Source of the DNA: Pseudogymnoascus verrucosus
Lineage: Eukaryota
Direction: 5' to 3' (one strand)
Assembly (NCBI GenBank): GCA_001662655.1
Contig: KV460224.1
DNA: 64,000 bases
Of the stretch, positions 48,274 to 58,771 are shown in pieces. How positions within the stretch are numbered: position 1 is the stretch's first letter; every line of letters begins with the position of its first letter. The translations under genes were made by a program, and so were the position numbers. The notes beneath the pieces are model-generated. The model was not told where the DNA came from, ran no database searches, and saw nothing but the letters and a program-made list of their open reading frames with translations.

Positions 48274-49878
48274 TTACTGCAGCTTGGCGCCAATTGGTAA
48301 CGCGTAGACCTGGCTGTTGGTCTCGAACTTGCAAGTTTCTGTGGTAATTTGTCCATTCCCACCTTCAGTAAGACATTTTCCGGTGCCCTCGTTCGTGAGA
48401 TCTCCAGAAAGAGCATACGACCAGTTCTGGTTTGGGTTACCCTTGCAAGGAGCAATGGTGATGGGGCCGTTTCCAGAGTCAGTGAGGCACTTGGACTGTT
48501 CCGCAAGGTTGCGAATGCTTCCATCAGACTTCACCTGCCAGACCTGGGAGCTTGGGAAATTGCAGCTTGCGGACGAAACCTCGCTACCCTTTGCAGCTCC
48601 TGCGGTCAGACAGGTCATCGAGAAGGTGTTCATGATGAGGCCAGTTGGGATGACAGTCTTGCACGAGTTCTTCGATGGTGTCAGGCGGTATACGACGGTT
48701 CCGTGGGATGGGACATTCTTAATCTTGAACTCGCCAGACACAAGACCAGTAGCGTCACCAGTCCAAAGATCCTTGACTGCAAAGTTGCAAGTCGACGAGA
48801 GTCCAAGCTGTGCAAGAGGGATTGAGGTGCTGGCAGCGGCAGGGGAGCGGTTCAGTACCGTTAGCAGGCGGTCTCCGCTGCCAAGGCTCTTTGTAAGTAC
48901 GTCCCAGGTGCTATCACGGCTGGCCAACGTAGCTTGCTGGCTGAGGGCGTCCTGGTCAACGTCGATGAGATCTTTGTTGGTAAGGAAGGCAAGCTCATCT
49001 TTGCCGAGGTCGGGAATGTGAGCGCTGATAATGAGCGGGGCGGAGAACGACGCCCACAGGGCAAACTGGGAACGCTTCTCATCGATGGTGAGCTCCGGGT
49101 AGTCTGAGACCAAGAAATCGGGGTCGTTGAAGAACCCAGGCGATTGGTACCGAGCTAGGCGAATCTGTTGGTCATAGTTGGACATGATGCTTGACCATGG
49201 GTTTGCGTCGCCCCAGGTAGCGACATCATATGAATGGCGCGCAAGCTCTCCGTTGTCTGCCAGCCAGTCCATTACTGTATACCAGTCCGTTAGGTTATCC
49301 GTACCACAGAAGTAGGCTGGTGCTGATTCGGAGAAGATGAGAGGGTTGGCTTGTTTGCTAAGGATCTCATGCCAGTGGGAATATATATCCTTGTAAGTCT
49401 CCACGTCAGTCCTCCCGGGAGCTGTGGGGACATTGCAGCCATCTAACTTAAGGTAGTCGATTCCCCAGTTGGTGAAAGTATCAGCATCAATCTGCTCGAA
49501 TCCAAGGGAACCCGGATAGCCGCCACACGTCTGTGTACCGGCATCCTGGTAGATACCAAGGTGGAATCCTTTCTCCTTGAGGTAGCGGCCTAACCATGGC
49601 AACCCCTGTGGGAACTTCTCTGTGTCCCACAAAAGAGTGCCGTTATCAGTCCTGCTCATCTGCATCCAGCAATCGTCAAGGTTGATGCGGTCGTATCCAG
49701 CAGCGAGCAGCCCACTGCTGGCCATGGCGTCTGCAGTTTGAGTGAAAAGCGTCTCGTTGAGGTTACACATGAACCGTGCCCAGTTGTTGAAGCCCATCGG
49801 AGGGGTAGCAAGCACCTCCTTGGAGGCTTTGGCAACCGCAATGGCGGCGGCTGCTGTGAGAAGTGTCTGGGAACGCAT
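48274..49878 (-). CDS. aglA: GH27 alpha-galactosidase A / alpha-N-acetylgalactosaminidase with C-terminal ricin-B (CBM13) lectin
   Basis: TPPMGFNNWARFMC, NLDDCW, DYLKLDGC, FNDPDFL; QxW repeats at the C-terminus. Intronless. Confidence 0.9.
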   Translation of the reverse strand: MRSQTLLTAAAAIAVAKASKEVLATPPMGFNNWARFMCNLNETLFTQTADAMASSGLLAAGYDRINLDDCWMQMSRTDNGTLLWDTEKFPQGLPWLGRYLKEKGFHLGIYQDAGTQTCGGYPGSLGFEQIDADTFTNWGIDYLKLDGCNVPTAPGRTDVETYKDIYSHWHEILSKQANPLIFSESAPAYFCGTDNLTDWYTVMDWLADNGELARHSYDVATWGDANPWSSIMSNYDQQIRLARYQSPGFFNDPDFLVSDYPELTIDEKRSQFALWASFSAPLIISAHIPDLGKDELAFLTNKDLIDVDQDALSQQATLASRDSTWDVLTKSLGSGDRLLTVLNRSPAAASTSIPLAQLGLSSTCNFAVKDLWTGDATGLVSGEFKIKNVPSHGTVVYRLTPSKNSCKTVIPTGLIMNTFSMTCLTAGAAKGSEVSSASCNFPSSQVWQVKSDGSIRNLAEQSKCLTDSGNGPITIAPCKGNPNQNWSYALSGDLTNEGTGKCLTEGGNGQITTETCKFETNSQVYALPIGAKLQ

Positions 49879-51782
49879 CTTGATAAAAGGCAAGGCTGAG
49901 TATAAAGTCCTAGTTGGATTGATTTCGCTTTATTTAAATTGACAAGTGGGCAAGCGCATCTTATGTAGTGGATTGAATAATTATGACCATAGTAAGTTGA
50001 GATGTCAACTTCGAGGTCTCCACAGTGTATGCTACCGGGTTCACCTACCTTCCCTACCGAAAGCTTCACGGCATATCAGCGATGCAACGTTTCCGCCATC
50101 TGGTCCTGGCAGTTGGATTTGGTTTGTATAATAGCAATAAGTGGTAGCTATGGTATGCTCTCTGGTGAGTGCCGGTCACGGCAACAACGATCTTCAACCA
50201 AGGTTCCCCGCAATTCAGGATATCGATACGAGCAGCGAGGCCAGTCGAGTGCAAAGTGGATACTGATCTCATCTCCCCGCTTTTGATTGTAACTGTAATT
50301 CAGCACAGTCTCCGCAATCTTCTCTGCGACTTGCCTAACGGGATTGGATTGAGGTTACACTTACAAGCCATGAGCTGCTGTCTGCGATAACCGCGGCACG
50401 TATGGTATGATGAGTTAAAATGCAGATAACGGCCAGAAAACTGCTATCAGGGTCTGCTCTTAAGCGTGTTCGGAGGGCCGAAATATGTTTATCTCTCACT
50501 ATACCACTTTCTCTCGTGGACCACAATATGGGATACCAGGTGTATCTAATGTCGTCTGTTCTCTTGCCTCATGCAGTAATAACACCATGAACCGCGGTAC
50601 CGATGTTTCCAGGTAGTCAGCAGCCCTGACAACATGAACTTTACAGTCCATGTGCCTCGACATACATTCGCCCTGGGAAAAAGTAGTGCATACTTGGCTT
50701 TGATGCGCGCCCTCGCTGGTAGAATGACATGCGGCTGGAGTTTGTAGACCGGATAATATAAATTTACCACCGTAAATTCAAAGTTCGGATCAATATCAAA
50801 ACCAACCCCAATGCAGTAATTTTGTACCTGTTGATTCCTAAATGGGAAGGATAGTATCACGTGTAGAAAAGCAAGGAATCGAAGCTTATTCGCGTGCGAA
50901 GTCGGGTCGCGCAAGAAACCTCTTTAGGAATTAATCAGCGACAAGAGTTGGCAGCAGAGACCGGCGAAGCATTATCGAGCTGCCAATATAGGATGAGTTC
51001 GGACTATCCAAAGATGGGGCAGCGCCGGTTAAACTGTTGGCGCTAAGCGATGTTTGGTTGGAGCTCCTCAGAAGGGTTCGAGAAGCCAACACAGAACTTC
51101 AGGGTGCAACAGCAAAACAAGCTGCATTCGCTGCGGTTTGGTGCTTCCGTAGGGTTATAGGGACGGTGATCGTTTTCCCCGCAGGTGATGTAACGTTATG
51201 GAAGAAGAGCCCTCTCGCCGTCCATGTAACCTCTCTATATAACTTGCCAAACGAAGTTGAAAGAGAGGAAGAGGCCGCACGGCAAGGTAGGAGTCGTCAC
51301 TTTAGAGTTCCTTGGCTTCTTGGCCCGACGGACGGCAGTGGCAACGCCCAGAAATTGGAATCTAACCAGTCACAAATACTACGACTACGAATTGGCAGCT
51401 CTCGAGCCCATGGCCACCGGAGTTACCCTCTTCAGCATTCCGTCGTCGCTGTCCTCGTAGATATGTCTGGTACAATCCACAACATGATATGCTATCACTC
51501 GGACGAGTGTTCGAATACCGAGTTTATCCGCACAGGGAAAAGGAAGGAAATGGCATGGCTATCATGAGAGGTACTAGAGTCACTGTTGATTCACATAATC
51601 CTCACCATTGTCAGGAAGAACACGTGCAGAAATATAAGGATATATGAAAAGCATAGATAAGAAGAAGAAGGAGGAAAATGGACGAAAAGCGAGTACGGCC
51701 AGTCTCCAATACAATCAAGATTCCGTGATATACACCACGAGGGCAATAAGTGAAACTCCCATGCTATTTATAGTACCATAAT

Positions 51783-51798
51783 TCACGTGATCACGTGA
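51783..51798. promoter_or_regulatory. Tandem E-box (TCACGTGA x2), possible bHLH site
   Basis: TCACGTGATCACGTGA, ~720 bp upstream of the aspartic protease. Confidence 0.3.
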
Positions 51799-52517
51799 TT
51801 GTGATATCTCCCCAACCACCGCCAAGCCACATAATTCCCCAAGATAATCTATAATTAGGTATAATTAGCTTCCACTTCCACTTCATGAGCTCCAATTCTT
51901 GCCGTCAGCATACCCAAGCTTGCTCCTACACAACAACTCTTCCGCCAATAACAAAGTCCCTGCGGTTAACTTTTCTATCTTGGGCGCTTACTTCGCTTCT
52001 ATCCGTTGCTGGGATGTGAATTGAACCCTTGACAAGGAAGGATCAAACCTGAACTTTCTGATTGTTGGCTTACAAGCTGACAAGTATGGAAACTCTATGG
52101 GCTGAGACGTGGACCACTAAAACAAAGCGCTTGTAGCCGTAGGATTCAAGCGGACTGTCTAAGCTGCGCCGATAGGTTCTTTCATTGGAATGCCTGAAAA
52201 TTGCCGTCTGGATAGGGCGGAAATGCTGACCCATTTCACAGCTCTCATATACCTGAACGCAGGGTAGAAGGGCGAAGGATGCGGCGAAGCATCGTGCACT
52301 ATTCCTCAACTGGATTTAAGGATAGCTTTCTTCGTCTCAGAAGCTTGTCCAGTACGTAAAAAGCTTCGCTCTGACCCCTTTGGCCCACGACAAGAAATAT
52401 CGAGTAGTATATAATAATCAAACCATATTCCCTTTCACTCCATCATATCCTCCATTATCCACACACTCCAAGAAACATAAGCTACGCCAAGTTGCACTTT
52501 CTCCGCCCCGTGTGACC

Positions 52518-54009
52518 ATGAAGTCTGCCACGATGAGACTCGTAGAGCTGAGCCTGCTGCTGGCATCTGCTGATGCTCTAACCCTCCGACCAGCACGAGC
52601 AAACCCCAAAGTCGTTGGTTATGGCATAAATCGCCGTGATACATCTCCATATTCTACTCCGATATACAATTACTTTGTAAGTCTACACTTGGAATTAAGT
52701 TGAATTAATTCTAACCAGAGCATAGGCAGGATTTGATTATACCATCAATATCACAATCGGAAGTCCTCCACAATCCGTTATGGTTGTGGTCGACACTGGA
52801 AGCTCAAACCTCATCGTCAACTCGCCGCAAAGCGATTTCTGTCAAGGCGGCAACTGCACCCAATATGGATCCTATGATCCTACAACTTCGGATACGTCAA
52901 AATGGTATAATAACCTCATGTACACCCAGTACGAAATTGAAACCCAGAAAGGAGCTTGGGTCACGGATGATGTTACCTTTGGAGGAAAGACATTGACTCA
53001 AATTCCGATTGGGTCAGGAAATGAGTCGTCGAACAGCGATATCAACATTTGGGGATTCGGCGGCAATGGCCAGTTAGGTGCAGCCCTTCCCGGGATCCCA
53101 TCAAACGATACGACTCTTAAGAGCATACACAAGTCCGGCGTCATAAACTCCGCCTCTGTTAGCATCTATCTCAACCAAACTGGCTCTGAGACTGGTTCAA
53201 TGTTGTTCGGCGGAGTGGATACTTCGCTTTACACTGGCACCCTGCAAACTCTGCCAGTCATTCCAAGGGATGGCTTCTACGATCGACTGACCGTCAACCT
53301 CACCACGATCTCGTACAATGATGGAAAGACGACCAAGTCCATAGAAACCCATCTCCCAACCAGAGTCATGCTCGACACTGGAAACTTCGATATCAAGCTC
53401 CCGCTTGAGATTGCAACAGCCATTCAAAAATCGTTTGGTATCACCCAGCAGTTCCACTTAAAGGAATATGATTTCGCCCTGACTGCATGCTCCATGGCCG
53501 ATAGCCCTGCAGTGGTTAGCTTTGGATTTGGAGGCGAACTTATTAATGTTCCAATGAGCTCCCTCGTTGTCAACCCACCGGAGAGTATCTTAGCCAGCTA
53601 TGGTCTGCCGCCAGGAACCCTTCCAGAGGGAGTCTGCCTATTCCTCATCAACGGCTTCAAAGATGAGTTAGTTGAGTCTGGACAATTGGTGTATATCCTC
53701 GGCGGCGCGTTCCTCGCCAACGCTTATTTTGTCTCCGACGAGGATTCTCAGGAAATCGGCCTTGCCCAGGCCAATTTCAACCCCGGCCCAAGCAACATTT
53801 TGGAGATTGCTCCAGCAAACGGTGGCATCGCGGGTATCAACAATAGCACAGCTGGCAGCGGCGCAAGCAAGCCAGGTGGAACCCCGACTCCAACTGGAGG
53901 TGCTGTGCCATCCGCCACTCAGACGGGCGATGCGATGAAGGCGTGGCATTCTCCAACGGGGTGGATCGTCGCGGCTGCAGGAGCCTTTGGTTTACTTCTC
54001 TCCTTTTAA
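52518..54009 (+). CDS. GPI-anchored aspartic protease (yapsin-like, A1 family)
   Basis: Signal/pro region with RR, one intron (~52676-52725), VVVDTGSS, LFGGVD, MLDTGN, ILGGAFL; Ser/Thr/Gly stalk and hydrophobic tail. Confidence 0.88.
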
Positions 54010-54419
54010 ATGTCTATGGTAGTGGGGAATCCAATAGGTAGTTTGGCGCAATTTGTTCGATTGAGGCATATCAATTCCTTGTCTTTGCAGCCGCTTGGTA
54101 AAAATGTAGTATAATGAATATTAAGAATCATAACAGGACAAACACTTAAGTGACTAGCATAAATTTCGCCAGACAGCAACAGGCCAAAACATTGGAGAAA
54201 AAAGAGAAATTCTATAAGACAACTCCAACCTCGAGTGATTTTCTAGATTTGAACCTCTTTTGGTTTAAGATGTTTTTTTTTAGGTATAATCAAAATGAGA
54301 ATTTTCATCATGACTTATATAATTAATGTTCTCAACACCACAAACACAACAACAAAGTTAGCTCTTAAATGCCTTCAGACCGATTTCAGTTTCCAAAGGT
54401 ATTTTCATACTATCTTGAT

Positions 54420-55590
54420 CTAGAAGGTAAATACAAGCTTCTCTGCGCTAACTTTCCCCTCACGCATATGCTGCAACCCCTGGACTACACCTTCTAGTCC
54501 CTTGCCAAACTTGTTTACAGATGGCTTATGCACCTTCACCTTCCCATCCGCTAGCAGCTTTGCCGACAGCTCCCAGAAGATCTTGCCGAACTCAAAATCC
54601 GCAGGCACAGCAGGGATCTCCGTCGACTTGTACTTGAATGACTCGCCTACAACGGTATACGCCAAAGTCATTTTAAGCTGAACATTCTTGTTGATGCTAG
54701 TCACTGTCTTTTCGTCAAGGGTTAGCAAGGTGCTATAGACACCGCCATCCGAGCTCATGGCTTCTACACAGATTTTGGTGCTGTTTCCCTCGGAAATGCA
54801 ATCGAAAACGTGCTCCAACTGGCCCTTAGTGTACTCTTTGATATCCTTGGAGCATGACGGGGAGTTGTAATCATATGCGGCGTCAGCGCCGAGGCTCTTG
54901 ACGTACGCGAAGTTCCGTGGCGAGCATGTCACGACGACGGTCAACCCGGAGAGCTTGGCATATTGGATCGCGAGGGATCCTGTGGCTGTACTTCCACCGT
55001 AGATCAAAAGTGGGGTCTTCACGGTTTGTGGCTTCCCTGGTAATGGAAGTTGGAGCGATTGGTAGAGTCCTTGGCCGACAGTGGTAATTCCGACACCCTA
55101 AATGAGCAATGTCAGTTTTTGATAGCGGATAAAGGTACTATCGTTTGACATATTCCATACCAAAGTCGACGCCTCTTCAAAGCTCAGGTTGTCCGGGATC
55201 TTAATCTGGACATCGCCTTTCGCAGTAAGAATTTCCTGGAAAGCGCCTATGATCTTCCGCGTTAGATTGCCCCACCCCAGTCCGGACGAAGCCCTGTCAC
55301 TCACCGTCTTCATGGTAAACTGCATTGGCGCCATGACAAAATCCTGCAACACGGTCTCCCTTCTTGAAGTCCTTGGTAACTTTAGAGCCAACTTCAAGAA
55401 CGGTGCCAGCATAGTCACAGCCCACGCGGGCGCCAGCGTCCGGGAGATAGTCGACGTGCTTCCAGTCTGTGGGATTAAGAGCTACGGCGTGGTTCTTGAC
55501 TAGAATATAATCATCACGGAGCTTTGGGACGGTGACCTCATTGATCTGCACCTCGCCCTTGGCGACAATGACAACAGCGCGGTTCGACAT
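54420..55590 (-). CDS. Trans-enoyl-reductase-like MDR oxidoreductase (ToxD/LovC-like)
   Basis: ALNPTDWK, GCDYAG, LLIYGGSTATG, CSPRNF..VKSLGA, VSAEKLV. 2 introns. Confidence 0.9.
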
Positions 55591-56674
55591 GGCAAGTAGG
55601 GTGAGAAAATGGAATTAGGGAAGGCGAAGGCAACTAATTTGAATTTGAATTTGAAATTTGAAAATGACGGAAGAGAGAGATAAGAGAGAGAGAGATTTGC
55701 AGAATATATAGCGGTAACAGCCTCGGAGTCCATTACCTCACCATTCCTGCTTGGTAAGTATAAAGCTTCCCGAGCCGTGCCACCCCGCAACGACCCACCT
55801 TAGCAGAAGTGACGACATTTAGTTGGCTAAACCTTTGGTTCATATCAGTAAATAAGTTATATTATTAGCAAGTGCGCCCAACGCCAAGCGGGGAATGTTT
55901 GAAAATAAAACCATAGATAGAAAAGATGGCTTTTCAGGAAGTAGAAGGTCTGCAAACAGCACAGTGTTTACTAGCCGGCTGGACGGGTAATGACGTCTTA
56001 AATTTAGCCCCGACTGAAACCAGCAACAGCTCGGAAGGAAGGCATGGGAAAGCACCTTGAAATAAAGATGCAGGTAATTAACTCTGGATAAAGACATGTA
56101 AACTGTAAAGAGCCGCCAGCCTACCGTACCTGATATGTTTTTAATTATAACCGCCGGGGGATGGGATAGGGATAGGATATGAAGTGTCGTATCCAACATC
56201 ATGCATCTCGAATCTAACCGACCGGGTACCGGCCTAAAGACGGCCCGGGCATGGGGTGGTTGTTGAACTGCCGAATCTCCGATAAGGAGTATTACATAAG
56301 CATAACAGACTAAGACTAATTGGCGTGAGGCGCGGCAGTTCGATTTAATTCAGGAACCATGGGGCGGTGAGACTAATTAGGTTAGTCAGAGCGGTGCACA
56401 GGGGACCCAGAAGACCCCTGTAATTGAAACTGGTGTATCCAGGTACATACGTACACTTAAACGCCAGCCGCCACTTCCACAGCATCCGAACCCCCCCAGG
56501 CTGCGCATATTCCATTAATTTTCTCTCCATTCTCTCCAACGTCGATAGTATCTCCCTCCTCAATCCAATTTACTATATCCCCGGACTTGCGCATCACTGT
56601 CTAGCCACCGCACACCAATCAGCCTAATGAACTGAACCCCCTCGAAGGGCGAAGCGCGCCCGATCACAGTCGCC

Positions 56675-58240
56675 ATGGCTGTAGAATACGACCTCATCCC
56701 CCTCTCTGACTTCGACGACATAGACTCCGCGCGCTATAAGTCCAAGCACTGGGCTCGACGTCGGCGATGTTCCCCCGCCCTCCACCTCTTCCGCAGAACC
56801 CCGCGCCTATTTAGGCCCGTCTACCTCATCATCGCATTCTTTGCCTTCCTCAACTGGCAGATCATCTTCAACGCCTCGTACCAAAGCCCTCCGCCATTCA
56901 CCATCCCCCGCGAAGGGAACGTATACATCGCCGCGAACATCATCAATGCGGACCTCATAACGGGTGCTTGGGGCGACTCACTCAACGACTTGGTGGATTT
57001 GATTGGGAAGGACAGGGTCTATGTGTCCATATACGGCGGCCCGTCCGCTGCGCTCAAGACCCTCGAGAGCAAGCTGGACTGCGACAACAGTCTCGTATCC
57101 GAAGAAGACGACCCTATAGACCTGGACACTCTCCCACACATTACCCTCTCGAACGGTAAACAAAAAACCAAGCGAATCACATTCTTGGCAGAAGTGAGGA
57201 ACAGGGCACTGGAGCCACTGAATACCCTGGACAAGAAGTTTGACAAGGTGCTGTTCATCAATGACGTATTCTTCTCAGCAGCCGGTGCAGCGAGGATCTT
57301 GTGGGGCACCAATGTCAACGCCCAGGGTGTGTCGGAATACAAAGCCGCATGCGCAATGGACTTCATCAACAGCTGGAAATACTACGACACCTTCGCGACG
57401 AGAGACTTCGAAGGCTATAGTATGGGACTGCCGATCTATCCGTGGTTCTCGAGTGAAGGAAATGCAGTCAGCAGGAGGGATGTGCTGGCGGGCCTCGACG
57501 CTGTCCGAGTCAAGAGTTGCTGGGGCGGCATGGTCGCGTTCGATGCGCGGTATCTTCAGCGCGACCTTTCGTCTACGACCAAGACCAGAGCGACGCGTGA
57601 GAAGCCCAAGAACTTGTCTTCAAGGAAAGTCGAGCCTCCGAAGCTGCCGATCCGCTTCCGCTCGGAGCCAGAACCTTTCTGGGACTCTAGCGAGTGTTGT
57701 CTCATCCACGCTGATATTATGGCTGCCACGCCGTTCCAAGCTCCGTCCAAAGAGCTTAGTAAGACATACGGCGATGGGATCTTTATGAATCCTTATGTGC
57801 GCGTGACATACGACGCGAGCACATATAATTATCTCTGGCTAGCGCAGCGCTTTGAGAGGCTATTCAGGGGACCCCAGTCGATCATCAACAGCATTGCGAA
57901 GCTGCCAAGATACAACTACAGGAGGGCAGAGGCAGAAGGTGATATAGTTGATGATAGGGAGTGGGTCCCGAATACAACATCTCGCACTCGAAGTGATGTC
58001 GGAGAGAGCTCTTGGCAATCCTCGGAGATGGCAAGTAGCAGAGTGAAGCGTGGCTCCACGGAGGCAGCGAAGGGAAAGGAGTATTGGGATAAAAAGGGGC
58101 ATTACGTCGACGTGAAGAGAGAGGCGACGCGGGGTGCGTACTGTGGGGTCAGATCACTATTGGTGCTGAAAGAGAGCAAAGGGGAAGGGGAAGGGAACTG
58201 GGACACCATGCTTGACGAGGTGCCACCCTTGGAGAACTGA
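56675..58240 (+). CDS. GT69 alpha-1,3-mannosyltransferase (CAP59/Cmt1-like)
   Basis: Type II TM; VYIAANI, RITFLAEVRNRALEPL, LFINDV, ACAMDF, YDTFATRD, VKSCWGGMVAF, SECCLIHAD. Confidence 0.9.
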   Translation: MAVEYDLIPLSDFDDIDSARYKSKHWARRRRCSPALHLFRRTPRLFRPVYLIIAFFAFLNWQIIFNASYQSPPPFTIPREGNVYIAANIINADLITGAWGDSLNDLVDLIGKDRVYVSIYGGPSAALKTLESKLDCDNSLVSEEDDPIDLDTLPHITLSNGKQKTKRITFLAEVRNRALEPLNTLDKKFDKVLFINDVFFSAAGAARILWGTNVNAQGVSEYKAACAMDFINSWKYYDTFATRDFEGYSMGLPIYPWFSSEGNAVSRRDVLAGLDAVRVKSCWGGMVAFDARYLQRDLSSTTKTRATREKPKNLSSRKVEPPKLPIRFRSEPEPFWDSSECCLIHADIMAATPFQAPSKELSKTYGDGIFMNPYVRVTYDASTYNYLWLAQRFERLFRGPQSIINSIAKLPRYNYRRAEAEGDIVDDREWVPNTTSRTRSDVGESSWQSSEMASSRVKRGSTEAAKGKEYWDKKGHYVDVKREATRGAYCGVRSLLVLKESKGEGEGNWDTMLDEVPPLEN

Positions 58241-58771
58241 TGTTAGTTTCCTGGGGATTTATTACGCGGACTCGGTCCCATCTGGGGATTGGGTTGTATT
58301 TGGACATGGCGTTAACCAGCGATATGTGGAATATTGTACATGATATATGGAGGAACTTGTAACTAAGTTGTTAATACAGGCCATGCGAACCATTTGCCGT
58401 GGTAGTTTTCGTCGTATATAATAATCAACCATTGTATATAGCTATGAATAGAGCCAAAAGACATTGTGCCTCGGAAAGAGGGTTATATTCTCAGATGGCA
58501 AGGGTAATTTTCTCTACAAAATATGTTTTTCGTATATCTCTTCCTTTAGGCACAAAGTGGGTAAATACAGTCAGTGGCTTGTTTTGTTGATATGTGCTTC
58601 ATACATAACAATGAGGGGAATAGGCTGTTTCCTAGATATCTGAACCCATCTCGTTAACACATCGTATAGTAAGTATGAAATGAAACTAACGCCAGCTAAT
58701 ACATTTTGCGGGACTTTTGGAGGTAGCATTGAGTTAGAACCACGAACACGGTTTCGTTGAGGTAAACCGGG

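Noticed and set aside
54420..55590. Trans-enoyl reductase as a sign of an HR-PKS cluster
   Set aside because: No PKS or PKS-NRPS in the window; stand-alone ToxD-like genes are common.
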